64,000 nt of DNA from positions 7,502,001-7,566,000 of the forward strand of contig OZ024756.1 in assembly GCA_964016885.1 (NCBI GenBank), read 5' to 3'. Below the pieces are notes generated by a model, which searched no databases, was not told where the DNA came from, and saw only the letters and a list, made by a program, of their open reading frames with translations. The stretch is from Eledone cirrhosa (Eukaryota). Positions 1 to 11,467 of the stretch are shown piece after piece. Positions within the stretch are counted from its first letter, which is position 1, and each line of letters starts with the position of its first letter. The position numbers and the translations under genes were made by a program.

Positions 1-1577
1 TATGGCACACATCTCTAGGAACCAGGTGTAATCTAGGATATTACACCCCATGGCACATAACTCTAGGAACCTGGTGTAATCTAGGATATTACACCCCATG
101 GCACACATCTCTAGGAACCAGGTATAATCTAGGATATTACACCCCATGGCACATATCTCTAGGAACCTGGTGTAATCTAGGATATTACACACCATGGCAC
201 ATATCTCTAGGAACCAGGTATAATCTAGGATATTACACACCATGGCACACATCTCTAGGAACCAGGTGTAATCTAGGATATTACACACCATGGCACAAAT
301 CTCTAGGAACCTGGTGTAATCTAGGATATTACACCCCAAGGCACACATCTTTAGGAACCAGGTGTAATCTAGGATATTACACCCCATGGCACATAACTCT
401 AGGAACCTGGTGTAATCTAGGATATTACACACCATGGCACATATCTCAAGGAACCTGGTGTAATCTAGGATATTACACCTCATGGCACACATCTCTAGGA
501 ACCAGGTGTAATCTAGGATATTACACCCCATGGCACATATCTCTAGGAACCTGGTGTAATCTAGGTTATTACACCCCAAGGCACATATCTCTAGGAACCA
601 GGTATAATCTAGGATATTACACCCCATGGCACATATCTCTAGGAACCTGGTGTAATCTAGTATATTACACACCATGGCACATATCTCTAGGAACCTGGTG
701 TAATCTAGGATATTACACACCATGGCACATATCTCTAGGAACCTGGTATAATCTAGGATATTACACACCATGGCACATATCTCTAGGAACCTGGTATAAT
801 CTAGGATATTACACCCCATGGCACATATCTCTAGGAACCTGGTGTAATCTAGTATATTACACACCATGGCACATATCTCTAGGAACCTGGTGTAATCTAG
901 GATATTACACACCATGGCACATATCTCTAGGAACCTGGTATAATCTAGGATATTACACACCATGGCACATAACTCTAGGAACCTGGTATAATCTAGGATA
1001 TTACACCCCAAGGCACATATCTCTAGAAACCTGGTATAATCTAGGATATTACACCCTATGGCACACATCTCTAGGAACCTGGTGTAATCTAGGATATTAC
1101 ACCCCATGGCACATATCTCTAGGAACCTGCTGTAATCTAGGATATTACACACCATGGCACATATCTCTAGGAACCTGGTGTAATCTAGGATATTACACCC
1201 CAAGGCACATAACTCTAGGAACCTGGTGTAATCTAGGATATTACACCCCATGGCACATATCTCTAGGAACCTGGTGTAATCTAAGATATTGCACCCTATG
1301 GCACATATATCTAGGAACCTGGTATAATGTAGGATATTACACCCCATGGCACATATCTCTAGGAACCTGGTATAATCTATGATATTACACTCCATGGCAC
1401 ATATCTCTAGGGACCTGGTATAATCTATGATATTACACCCCATGGCACATATCTCTTGGGACCTGGTATAATCTAGGATATTACACCCCATGGCACATAT
1501 CTCTAGGAACATGGTGTAATCAAGGATATTACACCCCATGGCACACATCTCTTAGAACCTTGTATAATCTAGGATAT
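1..1577. repeat. 48-bp minisatellite (~33 copies, runs off the left window edge)
   Basis: Unit CATGGCACATATCTCTAGGAACCTGGTGTAATCTAGGATATTACACCC recurs in exact 48-bp phase (1, 241, 481, 721, 961, 1201, 1441). Each unit has the inverted repeat GGTGTAAT...ATTACACC. Confidence 0.97.
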
Positions 1578-2168
1578 ATACTAAGCCTGGTTTAAACAAT
1601 TGATGCTATGGATTCAGAACAGAGCCGATCTATACACAGATCCGTTATGATCTTTGTTAATCCTACTGAAGGAATTTATTCAATATGGTAAATCTTCCAT
1701 ATATAAGTTACTGGGTATATCCCAGTATTTATCTCCATGAAGGTAAGTAACTGTCAAAGGTTTTAACTTATAATTGTAGATCAGTTTGTACACAGAGAGA
1801 ATGTGGGAATATTTTCAACTCAGTAGTCAGCTTTTTAGCTTGAAGCAATAATCGATGTGAATGAGAACAAGCGTCTTCTTCAGAATCAACATGGCTTCCT
1901 TTCTTGTTTGCTTTCTCAAAATCTTCTCAGAATTCATTATACAACTCGTCTTCAGCTTGTTGCTATACTAGCAATATCTGCATGATACAATTATTATTAT
2001 TACTCATTCTGTCTCCGGGATCATATTGTCTTCTGGTTCTCTATATTAAGTTGCAATCTTCTAGAGGGCTTACAGTGATACACATCAACTTTTAAAGCAT
2101 TCACTTGCATATTAATTTCATGAGCACACATGTATATGAAAATAAGAACATTCTTTATGCATTTCAGT

Positions 2169-2543
2169 TATTTCAGGTCTTGAATAATTAACCCCACCCA
2201 ACTTATTAACTTTTAGATGTTTTTCACCCTACCTAGCTTATTAAATGATTTTTGCTAATCTATCTCCAGCAAAATATTATTTTAAGTGGTAGCATTCCTG
2301 CGACTATTAATTTTCTATAGACATTAAAAAACATTATACCTAACAAAAAAACGTACATTACATAAAACCTTACACGTTATGAAATAAATAAGATGAGTTG
2401 AAGTTTCAATATGTAAACTAAACGACTAATTCTGGTTTTTAAAAAATCAATTGAGACAACGTAGAAAAATTACCGATTTTCCCTCCTCCTCCCCCACTTA
2501 TTCTACCCTACCCACCACCTCCTATTATTCAGGACCCGAGATA
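2169..2543. mobile_element. MITE, Tc1/mariner/pogo-like
   Basis: Terminal inverted repeats TATTTCAGGTCTTGAATAAT and rc TATCTCGGGTCCTGAATAAT match at 17/20 and both end in TA. A diverged homolog lies at 61709-62012. Confidence 0.7.
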
Positions 2544-2671
2544 ATCATTCGGAACTTTGAATGTCTTTCTCATTGTAAATCCTCGCCATAGCAAATGTTT
2601 TAACAGAGGAGGAAATATCAATAATATCCCCCACTCACCAGTGATGCATCTGAAATCAATTTATTCTGTTG

Positions 2672-2752
2672 TATTATGCCATACTCTGCTCTGTAAGAGC
2701 ATAGAGTGCTCAACCGGCATACCACCCATGGAAGCATCTTAGCTACCATCAG

Positions 2753-2755
<3 letters not shown>
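2672..2755. repeat. ~80-bp interspersed hairpin element, copy 1 of 3
   Basis: ATACTCTGCTCTGTAAGAGCATAGAGTGCTCAACCGGCATACC...ACCATCAGACACAC, near-identical at ~21888-21972 and ~56290-56375. Confidence 0.85.
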
Positions 2756-2819
<64 letters not shown>

Positions 2820-2910
2820 CGTGTATGTAAAAGGTAAATAGAAATAACACAATCGGTACAGTATATGGACGGGATATAATAGATTAACGGTTGATATAGC
2901 AGGAAAAGGG

Positions 2911-2946
2911 TCTTAAAGTTTCGGGCGCTAGTCCTTCATCAGAAGA
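2911..2946 (-). ncRNA. Minimal PLE-type hammerhead ribozyme motif
   Basis: Minus strand reads TCTT-CTGATGA-A-GGAC tagc GCCC-GAAA-CTTT-AAGA. Stem I is TCTT/AAGA, stem II has one mismatch and stem III is vestigial. Confidence 0.55.
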
Positions 2947-3066
2947 AAGAATGAGAAATAAGTTAGATTAAGGGGACGGGCGGGTTGTAATTGGAAAAAA
3001 TGTCTTTAGATGAAAATAACAGGTCCATTCATGTTGACATATATTGCAAATATATATATATATATT

Positions 3067-3415
3067 TAGGTCCTGTCTTTCACATTTAGAATAAGGAGCA
3101 GATATTGCAATAGCCTGGGGTTCAAAGGCCCTCAACTCTTCAATAAGCTGCCAAGAAATTTGAGAGATCTGTATGATGTGGACGTGGATATTTTCAAGAA
3201 AGATCTCGACCCTCTGCTATCCAGGATCCCGGATGAGCCCACAGCACGGAACGAAGGTAACCTAAGGGCGACAGCAACGAATTCCTTCCTACACCAATGG
3301 CCAGCTAAAACAGACTGGAAATAGAACGTGTTGGTTCACGTTCTATATCCATCCTATATCAAGGGCGGTGCTACAGCATGGCCTCAGCCGGATAGCTGGC
3401 ACAGGTAAAAGAGTA
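3067..3415 (+). mobile_element. 5'-truncated LINE 3' end (CR1/Proto2-like ORF2 C-terminus plus 3' UTR)
   Basis: Frame reads RIRSRYCNSLGFKGPQLFNKLPRNLRDL...FKKDLDPLLSRIPDEP...ATNSFLHQ with a stop at 3322-3324. The 3' UTR motif GGCGGTGCTACAGCATGGCCTCAG is echoed at ~27632. Confidence 0.7.
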
Positions 3416-3667
3416 AAAAACTAAAGCTCTGCCGTCAAAACTATTACCGTTAAAAAAATTAATCTTGAAGTGTGTCTATAAATTTGTATCATTTCCAATG
3501 TCACAGTATCACTTTCCTAGATTACCAGCTGTGTTAAATATCATGTGGCTAATGGCATATCATTGTATGATCGACTTTCGGGAGAAAGCCCTCGAAGACA
3601 TAAACTATAGGATTGTACGTAAGTATGCATATATAATATATTTATATATGTATATATTCTATATATC

Positions 3668-3750
<83 letters not shown>

Positions 3751-3824
3751 TTTATATTCATATATTTATATATATATATATACATATAAATCTATTTATA
3801 TATATATATGTATTTATATTCATA

Positions 3825-3884
<60 letters not shown>

Positions 3885-3934
3885 CGAAACATAAGTCAAT
3901 TGCATGAACTCATAATCCTTTATTTATATATATA

Positions 3935-3984
3935 GCAATATATATTTCGATGATAGCCATTGAATGGCTATGATCTCATCAAGC
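3935..3984 (-). ncRNA. Degenerate hammerhead motif in a (TA)n-flanked island
   Basis: Minus strand reads GC-TTGATGA-GAT c ATAGCCATT c AATGGCTAT c ATC-GAAA-TATATA-TT-GC. Core C3 is replaced by U. Confidence 0.5.
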
Positions 3985-4262
3985 AGTTAGTCAGTTCTTA
4001 GATATGCCAGCTCTGAGTTTATATTGTTGATAGTCTCAGAGCCTTGGGACATATCTATATATATATACATATATACATATATCTATATATCTATATATCT
4101 AGAATTCACAAGAATCAAAGCTGTGTTCAAAGCATTTATTCAATTACAATTGTTTCATCCAAACCTAGGCTTGGATTCTTCGGACCATTTTTCAATGTTT
4201 GTACACATGATTCACCTCCTTTCCAACGCAAGAGACATACAGATACATATGTATATATTGCT

Positions 4263-4442
4263 GTGGACTGGCAGTATCGGTAGAGGGTCGGACGCCATGC
4301 TTTCCAGCATAGTTACGTCCCTTTACGATCTGAGTTCAAATCCCGCCGAGGTTGACTTTGCCTTTCATCCTTACGGGGTCGATAAAATAAAGTACCAGTA
4401 ATGCACTGAATAATTGCTGGCCTTGTGCCTAACGTAGAAACA

Positions 4443-4485
<43 letters not shown>
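4263..4485 (+). mobile_element. tRNA-derived SINE (MESC/Meta-like core) with (TTA)n tail
   Basis: A-box-like TGGCAGTATCGG, B-box GAGTTCAAATCC, core GCCTTTCATCCTTACGGGGTCGATAAAATAAAGTACCAG and 3' GGCCTTGTGCCTAACGTAGAAACAA(TTA)n. Many copies in the window. Confidence 0.9.
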
Positions 4486-4486
<1 letters not shown>

Positions 4487-4668
4487 AGCTGCATTTATCT
4501 TGCTTTATGTTCATACGAGTTATCACCAGGTCACAACCAGTGACCGCAAGAGACAACAAGGTCCGCCATGTTCAAGAAAGAACATACATACTCACACATG
4601 CATCTTTAGGTGTTTTGACTTGTGATGTACTTATATTGACAGGATCTTCCTTAGTATATGGGCAGTTC
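4486..4668 (-). mobile_element. Short 3' fragment of the R4/Dong element (ORF end plus 3' UTR)
   Basis: Diverged copy of 4730-4908. Its 5' junction is followed on + by (TTC)n and then (TTA)n. Confidence 0.9.
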
Positions 4669-4683
4669 TTCTTCTTCTTCTTC

Positions 4684-4730
<47 letters not shown>

Positions 4731-7700
4731 TGCATTTATCTTGCTTTATGTTTATACGAGTTATCACCAAGTCACAACCAGTGACCTCAAGAGACAACAA
4801 GGTCCGCCATGTTCAAGAAAGAACACACATATTCACACATGCATCCTTAGTGTTTAGACTTGTGATGTACTTATATTGACAGGATCTTCCTTAGTATATG
4901 GGCAGTTCCCATTAGTACTATCTTTTGTATTTCTCCTATACGCAGGTTTCCTGGGATTTGCGATAAGTAGTCGTTAGACCCCTTAGGTATCATTCCCAGA
5001 GCGCCTACAACCACTGGTATTGTTTTAGTTCTCAATTTCCACATTTTTCCAATTTCTATCTCCAGGTCCTTATACTTGCTCAATTTTTCAAATGTTTTTA
5101 TAGATACATTCTTGTCTATTGGAACAGACATATCAATTAGCAGGCATACCCTCCTTTGAAAGTCCTTCAATATTATATCAGGTCTATTTGCATCTATTTT
5201 TCGGTCTGTTTGGATGCTAAAGTTCCACAAGATTGAGATGTGATCTTTTTCAAGTATGGGAGGTGGTTGATGCTCCCACCAATTCTTTTGATGGGGCAGG
5301 TCAAAATGCTTGCACATTATCCAATGTATGTATTGTGCAGCTCTGTCATGCCTGTTTAGGTATTCGGTTGGAGCTATAGGACTGCACATTGAAATTATAT
5401 GGTCAATGGTCTCTGGTTGTTTTTTGCATACACGGCATAATGGGCTGCACCCATTTTTTATTATGTTGGCTTGGTAATTTTTTGTTGGCAGACACTGATC
5501 TTGTGCGGATATAATCAGTCCTTCAGTCTCCGATTTCAGTCCAGAGGATGCCAACCACTGATGGGTTAAAGTTTTGTCAACATCAGGATTGTTAGCTCGC
5601 TCTGGGTATTTTCCATACAGAGGCTTTTCTTGCCATTTCTTAGCCAGTTTCTGTAGCAGTTCTTTCTTTGCAGTTACTTTTACCTGCTTTGCTTTTTCTG
5701 TGTTTTCCATTTCAGCAGTAAATGGGACTTCTGAAATTTGTAGTCCATTACTGTATCTTTGTGCATCTTTTGTAATGGAATATGATCTTTTGGTGCTTTC
5801 GTGTTTCAAAACGAGTTTGATCATCCAATCATGTGATTCCCTTAGATATGTGGATAATCCAATTGTTGCAGTTTTCAACGCAATGTCTAACTGGATTAAC
5901 CCACGTCCTCCTTCTTTCCTAGGGAGATATATTCTATCTATGTCTGCCTTAGGGTGATGCATTCTGTGCATGGTTAAGAATTTTCGGATTTTTGTATCGA
6001 GCCTACGGATCTCTGTGCTTGACCAGTTGATGACATTGTAACTGTAGGTTACTACTGGTATGGCAAGCGTGTTTATGGCATCGATCCTATTCCTTGCATT
6101 CAATTCCGTTCTTAAGATTGCTCTGACTCTGCGGTAACATTCCTTCCTTATCCTTTCCCTCATTGTCGAGTGCTTGATTCCGTCTCCTTCACAAACATCT
6201 AGATATTTGTAAGTTTGTTCTTGATCAAGCTCTCTTATCACGTTCCCCCGATCAAGATTAATGTCTGAACTCTTCAGCAGCTTTCCTCTGGTGAACGTTG
6301 CTTTGGCGCATTTATCCAGTCCAAACTCCATTTTAATGTCATCACTGAACTGCTTCACAGTGGATAATAGCCCTTGTAATTGTTCATCATTTTTTGCAAA
6401 TAGTTTCAGGTCATCCATGTAGAACAGGTGATTAATGGTTTTGTCATAGACTCTATATCCATGTTTTGTTTCATTGAGCATTTTACTTAATGGTATAAGT
6501 GCGATGCAGAATAAAAGCGGTGATAAAGAGTCACCCTGAAAAATTCCACAATTAATGTTAACTTCTCCAGCTTCCAGTGATTTTGTTTCACTATTCAAAA
6601 GGAGTGTCGTTCTCCATGTCCTCATACTGAATGACAAAAACCTCCTGATAACGGGGGATATTTTGAAAATCTCTAAACATTTTTCAATCCAACTGTGTGG
6701 CAAACTATCAAATGCTTTTTTATAATCTATCCAAGCAATCGATAGATTTTTGTGTCTATTATGACAATCTTCCAGTATCATTTTGTTAACCAGAAGCTGA
6801 TCCTTACAGCCATATGAGCCTCGTTTACACCATTTCTGCTCAATGGGAAATAGGTCATTTGTTATCAGGTGGTCATATGTGTATTCAGTTAGGACTGATG
6901 TTAAAATTTTATACATTGTGGTCAAGCAGGTTATCGGTCTGTAATTTTTGGGATTGTTTGTCTCATCATTCTTCGGTAGCAGGAATGTAATGCCGTTAAC
7001 TAGCCATGATGGTATCTTTTCTGGCTCCTTAACTATTTCATTGTAAAGTTGGGCTAACAGCTCATGAGACTCTGTGAAGGCATTTATCCAAAAGTTTTGT
7101 ATTTTGTCTTTTCCTGGGGATTTCCATTTGCTGGTTTTTCTTAGAGCCAAGCGCAGCTGTTCAACTGTTATATTTTCCCATGTTTGTTCTTCAAGGTGAG
7201 CTGTTTCTTTCATTTGTCTGTCTATCCATGGGGCATGTATGTTATGAACTTTTTCTTCGGCCCAGATCTTTTCCCAGAATTCTTGCACTTCCTCCTTGGG
7301 TGGTATTGATTTAGCAGTTATTGTTGACTTACCAATTTTTCTGTAGAAGTTTCTTTGGTTGTTTTTGAACATATTATTGTCCTTATAGAATCTAGATCGT
7401 TTTTCAAAGCGCCTTATACGAGCAGCTTTGGCCGACACTTTTTGCTTGATTGTTTCTATCAGCATGTCTATGTCACATGTTGATCTTATACTGTACTTTT
7501 TTTTCAATTTTCTAAGTTTAGTTTGTTTAACATGTTCACCTACTTTATAGTTTGTTAAAATTTCTATGTCAGATCGGAGAAGGTTTATTTGGCGATTGAT
7601 GTTATCTTGCCAAGTAGATTTCTTGTGGGAATTCCTTTGTTTTTTCATCTTCACTCCACATAAGTGAGTGGTGACTTTAGCCGATGCATAATAGAGATGA

Positions 7701-9607
7701 TTTAAGTCAGTAATGCTTAGTTTGTTTGTGATGATAATGTTTTTGAGAATTATGTTTGTCTTGTGTATTATCTTTTGGTTCTGTTTGGAGTTCTGGATCT
7801 TAGGGAGGGTGTCTCGTTCCCCCATGTCAGATTCTTTCATTTTCATCCATTCGATCATAATTTCATCCTTCAAGTTGGCAAGTTCATTCTCATTCATTTC
7901 TTTATCATTTACGATCTCATTATTTTCATTTGGAGTTTCATCCTGAGCATGCACTCCCTCCACTTTTTCGCTCCTTTCTTTAATTTGTTCTGTTGCCAGT
8001 GATTCCGCCCCAACTCTGGGATTCGAAGTGTTACAGTTTACCTCGTTTTCACTGACACATGCTTCATTTTCCCTTCGCTGACTTTGTGCTACTAGCTTGA
8101 TCTGATCAATTTCTATATCAGTTAGTAACTTTTTTCTTACAATATTTCTTCGTATATTGGCTAGTTTGTTACTGTCAATATAGCCTCTGTTTTCGGGATG
8201 TTTCTTTTTCCAGTTGATATATGTTTGCTCTGTATTCGATGTATTTGATGGGTAGTACATGGCAGTGTAGAAAGCCTCAAGGACTTCTTTATTATCTTCC
8301 CTTGACCATTTTTCTCTCTTTTTCTTTGGATTTCTTGGTGGTGAGCATGGAGGGCCAACAGTAGGAGTATTCCGGTTATGGGAGGTCTCCAGCTCCGAAG
8401 TGATGGGAAGGTTTGAACCATTAGCTGATTTTTCGACCCCAGTCTGGTTCCTCTCTGAGGGACGCGGCCCTTTTTTACCCGGGTGACGGCCGATCCGGTA
8501 TGAGATTTCATCATTAGACATCTACTTTATTTTGTCGCGTTTTATCCTTATCCGCCAAGGGGTAATCTTTTCGTGTTACCACTTCTAGAACGAGTGTCAA
8601 CCAAGACTAGAGGGGTCGTTCTCCCCTAGAGACATGGCTATTCCCCGCCGGCCGCCATCCCGGTATTTCTTGGTCACGGGGTTTTCTTTTTGTTGTTTTT
8701 TTAAAATTGTTATTATCATGAGTGGTTCCTTAATGTGAGCATTGCGTGGCTTAAGAATGAAATTATTAATAATTGTCTCCACTCCAGGCCAGCAATCACC
8801 CAGTGCATTACAATAATATAATATACTTTTTGTTGTAGTTGGCTGTTATTGCTGCTGGCTATGTCGGTGGTGGTGCCGGGGCTTTTTATATTGTTGGTGA
8901 GGAAGGGGTGAGCCAGCAGTCCCATAATTGTTGATGTAGACATTTGTCCGTGGCAAGGTTACCAAGTCAATCTATTTATATCTTTTGCTAGCCTCTCTCT
9001 TGTCTAGTGCTACCACCACCTTCCCTTTTCTCTCTCAAGTTAACAGGGGAATAGTGTCAGTAGCATTGAATGAGTGGTGGCGGCGATGATGGATGTGGTG
9101 GTGTTGTGGTTACTGATATAGTATCTATGAGTTTGTGTTCGTATGTTTAATATATATTTTCATTATATTTTGTGTTGACATATTCCTGTAAAATTTGAAT
9201 TAAACATTTTTTAAATTTGAGACAATAATAATAGTAATTATTATTATGATGCCGGTGAAGTTGCCGTTATATTTAGTGTGATGGGATAGGTAGTGTATCA
9301 AGTTTCTGGTGTTGGTGAAATTGAAATTGCCGCTGTTCTATATAGTGTAGACAGAGGGTGTTTTGTTCCATTTATAACCATTTTCTTTTTTTGAATACAA
9401 AATATATAATACAAAATTGAATATTTGAGCGATACAACAATATAATATGGATCCGAAACTTTATGGGACCTCATTCGGTGCCTTTATGCAACATTTGTGC
9501 TAAGAATTGTTCTTTCACAATTGATTTAAATATGTTAAAAATCAAAAAACTTACGGGAGCAATTTCGTGACGTTCTACCACCTCGTGCGTCTTCTTCCCT
9601 TCTTCTC

Positions 9608-9608
<1 letters not shown>
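4684..9608 (-). mobile_element. Full-length R4/Dong-clade RLE non-LTR retrotransposon
   Basis: Single 1216-aa ORF, ~140-nt 3' UTR ending in (TAA)n and ~1.1-kb 5' region bounded by another (TAA)n tract at 9609. Insertion into TAA repeats is the known Dong target. Confidence 0.9.
4871..8521 (-). CDS. R4/Dong polyprotein: Myb-like N-terminus, reverse transcriptase, CCHC knuckle and restriction-like endonuclease
   Basis: Motifs KWSREDN, KSPGKD, NYRPITCL, GCKDQLL, WIDYKKAFDSLPH, GIFQGDSLSPLLF, LFYMDDLKL, EGGRGL, CRVC...HIISMC, RHD, RPDII, IDMSVP and KLSKYKDL. Confidence 0.95.
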   Translation of the reverse strand: MSNDEISYRIGRHPGKKGPRPSERNQTGVEKSANGSNLPITSELETSHNRNTPTVGPPCSPPRNPKKKREKWSREDNKEVLEAFYTAMYYPSNTSNTEQTYINWKKKHPENRGYIDSNKLANIRRNIVRKKLLTDIEIDQIKLVAQSQRRENEACVSENEVNCNTSNPRVGAESLATEQIKERSEKVEGVHAQDETPNENNEIVNDKEMNENELANLKDEIMIEWMKMKESDMGERDTLPKIQNSKQNQKIIHKTNIILKNIIITNKLSITDLNHLYYASAKVTTHLCGVKMKKQRNSHKKSTWQDNINRQINLLRSDIEILTNYKVGEHVKQTKLRKLKKKYSIRSTCDIDMLIETIKQKVSAKAARIRRFEKRSRFYKDNNMFKNNQRNFYRKIGKSTITAKSIPPKEEVQEFWEKIWAEEKVHNIHAPWIDRQMKETAHLEEQTWENITVEQLRLALRKTSKWKSPGKDKIQNFWINAFTESHELLAQLYNEIVKEPEKIPSWLVNGITFLLPKNDETNNPKNYRPITCLTTMYKILTSVLTEYTYDHLITNDLFPIEQKWCKRGSYGCKDQLLVNKMILEDCHNRHKNLSIAWIDYKKAFDSLPHSWIEKCLEIFKISPVIRRFLSFSMRTWRTTLLLNSETKSLEAGEVNINCGIFQGDSLSPLLFCIALIPLSKMLNETKHGYRVYDKTINHLFYMDDLKLFAKNDEQLQGLLSTVKQFSDDIKMEFGLDKCAKATFTRGKLLKSSDINLDRGNVIRELDQEQTYKYLDVCEGDGIKHSTMRERIRKECYRRVRAILRTELNARNRIDAINTLAIPVVTYSYNVINWSSTEIRRLDTKIRKFLTMHRMHHPKADIDRIYLPRKEGGRGLIQLDIALKTATIGLSTYLRESHDWMIKLVLKHESTKRSYSITKDAQRYSNGLQISEVPFTAEMENTEKAKQVKVTAKKELLQKLAKKWQEKPLYGKYPERANNPDVDKTLTHQWLASSGLKSETEGLIISAQDQCLPTKNYQANIIKNGCSPLCRVCKKQPETIDHIISMCSPIAPTEYLNRHDRAAQYIHWIMCKHFDLPHQKNWWEHQPPPILEKDHISILWNFSIQTDRKIDANRPDIILKDFQRRVCLLIDMSVPIDKNVSIKTFEKLSKYKDLEIEIGKMWKLRTKTIPVVVGALGMIPKGSNDYLSQIPGNLRIGEIQKIVLMGTAHILRKILSI

Positions 9609-9645
<37 letters not shown>

Positions 9646-10404
9646 TGCATTTATCTTGCTTTATGTTTATACGAGTTATCACCAAGTCACAACCAGTGAC
9701 CTCAAGAGACAACAAGGTCCGCCATGTTCAAGAAAGAACACACATATTCACACATGCATCCTTAGTGTTTAGACTTGTGATGCACTTATATTGACAGGAT
9801 CTTCCTTAGTATATGGGCAGTTCCCATTAGTACTATCTTTTGTATTTCTCCTATACGCGGGTTTCCTGGGATTTGCGATAAGTAGTCGTTAGACCCCTTA
9901 GGTATCATTCCCAGAGCGCCTACAACCACTGGTATTGTTTTAGTTCTCAATTTCCACATTTTTCCAATTTCTATCTCCAGGTCCTTATACTTGCTCAATT
10001 TTTCAAATGTTTTTATAGATACATTCTTGTCTATTGGAACAGACATATCAATTAGCAGGCATACCCTCCTTTGAAAGTCCTTCAATATTATATCAGGTCT
10101 ATTTGCATCTATTTTTCGGTCTGTTTGGATGCTAAAGTTCCACAGGATTGAGATGTGATCTTTTTCAAGTATGGGAGGTGGTTGATGCTCCCACCAATTC
10201 TTTTGATGGGGCAGGTCAAAATGCTTGCACATTATCCAATGTATGTATTGTGCAGCTCTGTCATGCCTGTTTAGGTATTCGGTTGGAGCTATAGGACTGC
10301 ACATTGAAATTATATGGTCAATGGTCTCTGGTTGTTTTTTGCATACACGGCATAATGGGCTGCACCCATTTTTTATTATGTTGGCTTGGTAATTTTTTGT
10401 TGGC
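9609..10404 (-). mobile_element. 5'-truncated R4/Dong copy (endonuclease domain, 3' UTR and TAA tail)
   Basis: Nearly identical to 4730-5489 with a few SNPs (e.g. PGNPR vs PGNLR). Flanked by (TTA)n at 9609-9645 and 10405-10444. Confidence 0.95.
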
Positions 10405-10443
<39 letters not shown>

Positions 10444-10463
10444 CTATATATCTATATACATAT

Positions 10464-10755
<292 letters not shown>

Positions 10756-10819
10756 TTCATATATATATATATATATAAACACATATATAATATAGATATA
10801 TATATACACACACACACAC

Positions 10820-10863
<44 letters not shown>

Positions 10864-10919
10864 GTACACACAAACACACCCACATGTGTGTGTGTGTGTG
10901 TGTTTGTATGTGTATGTCA

Positions 10920-11252
10920 GAAGTAACCGTCTCCAACTCCGACTGATATGGCTGGATACCCAGCGTGACCAGCCAAGCTCATTGATGTTATCCAGCCATC
11001 TTGCTCAGGGTCCACCCCTGGGTTTCCTGCCAGTTGGTTTTGCCCGGAAAAATCTCTCCAGCGATTCTTTCCAGAGACATTCTAACCTCATGTCCATAGT
11101 ATCGGAGCTGTGATCTCTCAATATAGAGAAGTACCGGCTCTACCTGGAGTGACTCTCTTATCCCCGAGCTACACACTCAATCGAGTAACGTTACTCCAAA
11201 GACACTTCGGAGGAATCCCATTTCGGCCGCTTGTATTCGCGATCGTCTTCTT
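10920..11252 (-). pseudogene. RTE/Expander-like LINE ORF C-terminal relic
   Basis: Minus translation RSRIQAAEMGFLRSVFGVTLLD*...IRESLQVEPVLLYIERSQLRYYGHEVRM...GRKPRGGP*ARWLDNI, with stops and a frameshift. Confidence 0.85.
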
Positions 11253-11467
11253 TCCCGTCAATTTAAATCTACTTTACTATTTGAATGATAACAGATATAA
11301 CAGCGATGTTTAATTAGTTGTGAGACAGTTTCTACCTGGATAGATACCTTAAAGAACATCACTTAGCAATGTATTTTACTCTAAGATATAATACCATTCT
11401 TTTTTAAAATGTGTACTGCGACCTGGTAAGGTTTTGTAGATATTTCTCTCTGCTTTATTATAGATGC

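Noticed and set aside
1-1577. CRISPR-like appearance of palindromic repeats (also 29589-30690 and 38003-39512)
   Set aside because: The units are contiguous with no unique spacers, there are no cas genes, and the context is eukaryotic.
1850-2130. Possible decayed APE endonuclease fragment on the minus strand (IMQILLV*QQAEDELYNEF*EDF)
   Set aside because: The resemblance to IIQVYAPT...EEFYEDL is too weak to call without a profile search.
4263-4350. tRNA gene
   Set aside because: A/B boxes are present but there is no cloverleaf. It is the head of a multi-copy SINE.
5574-8514. ORFs 5574-5957, 7713-8002 and 8161-8514 as separate genes
   Set aside because: They are antisense or alternative-frame shadows of the Dong ORF.
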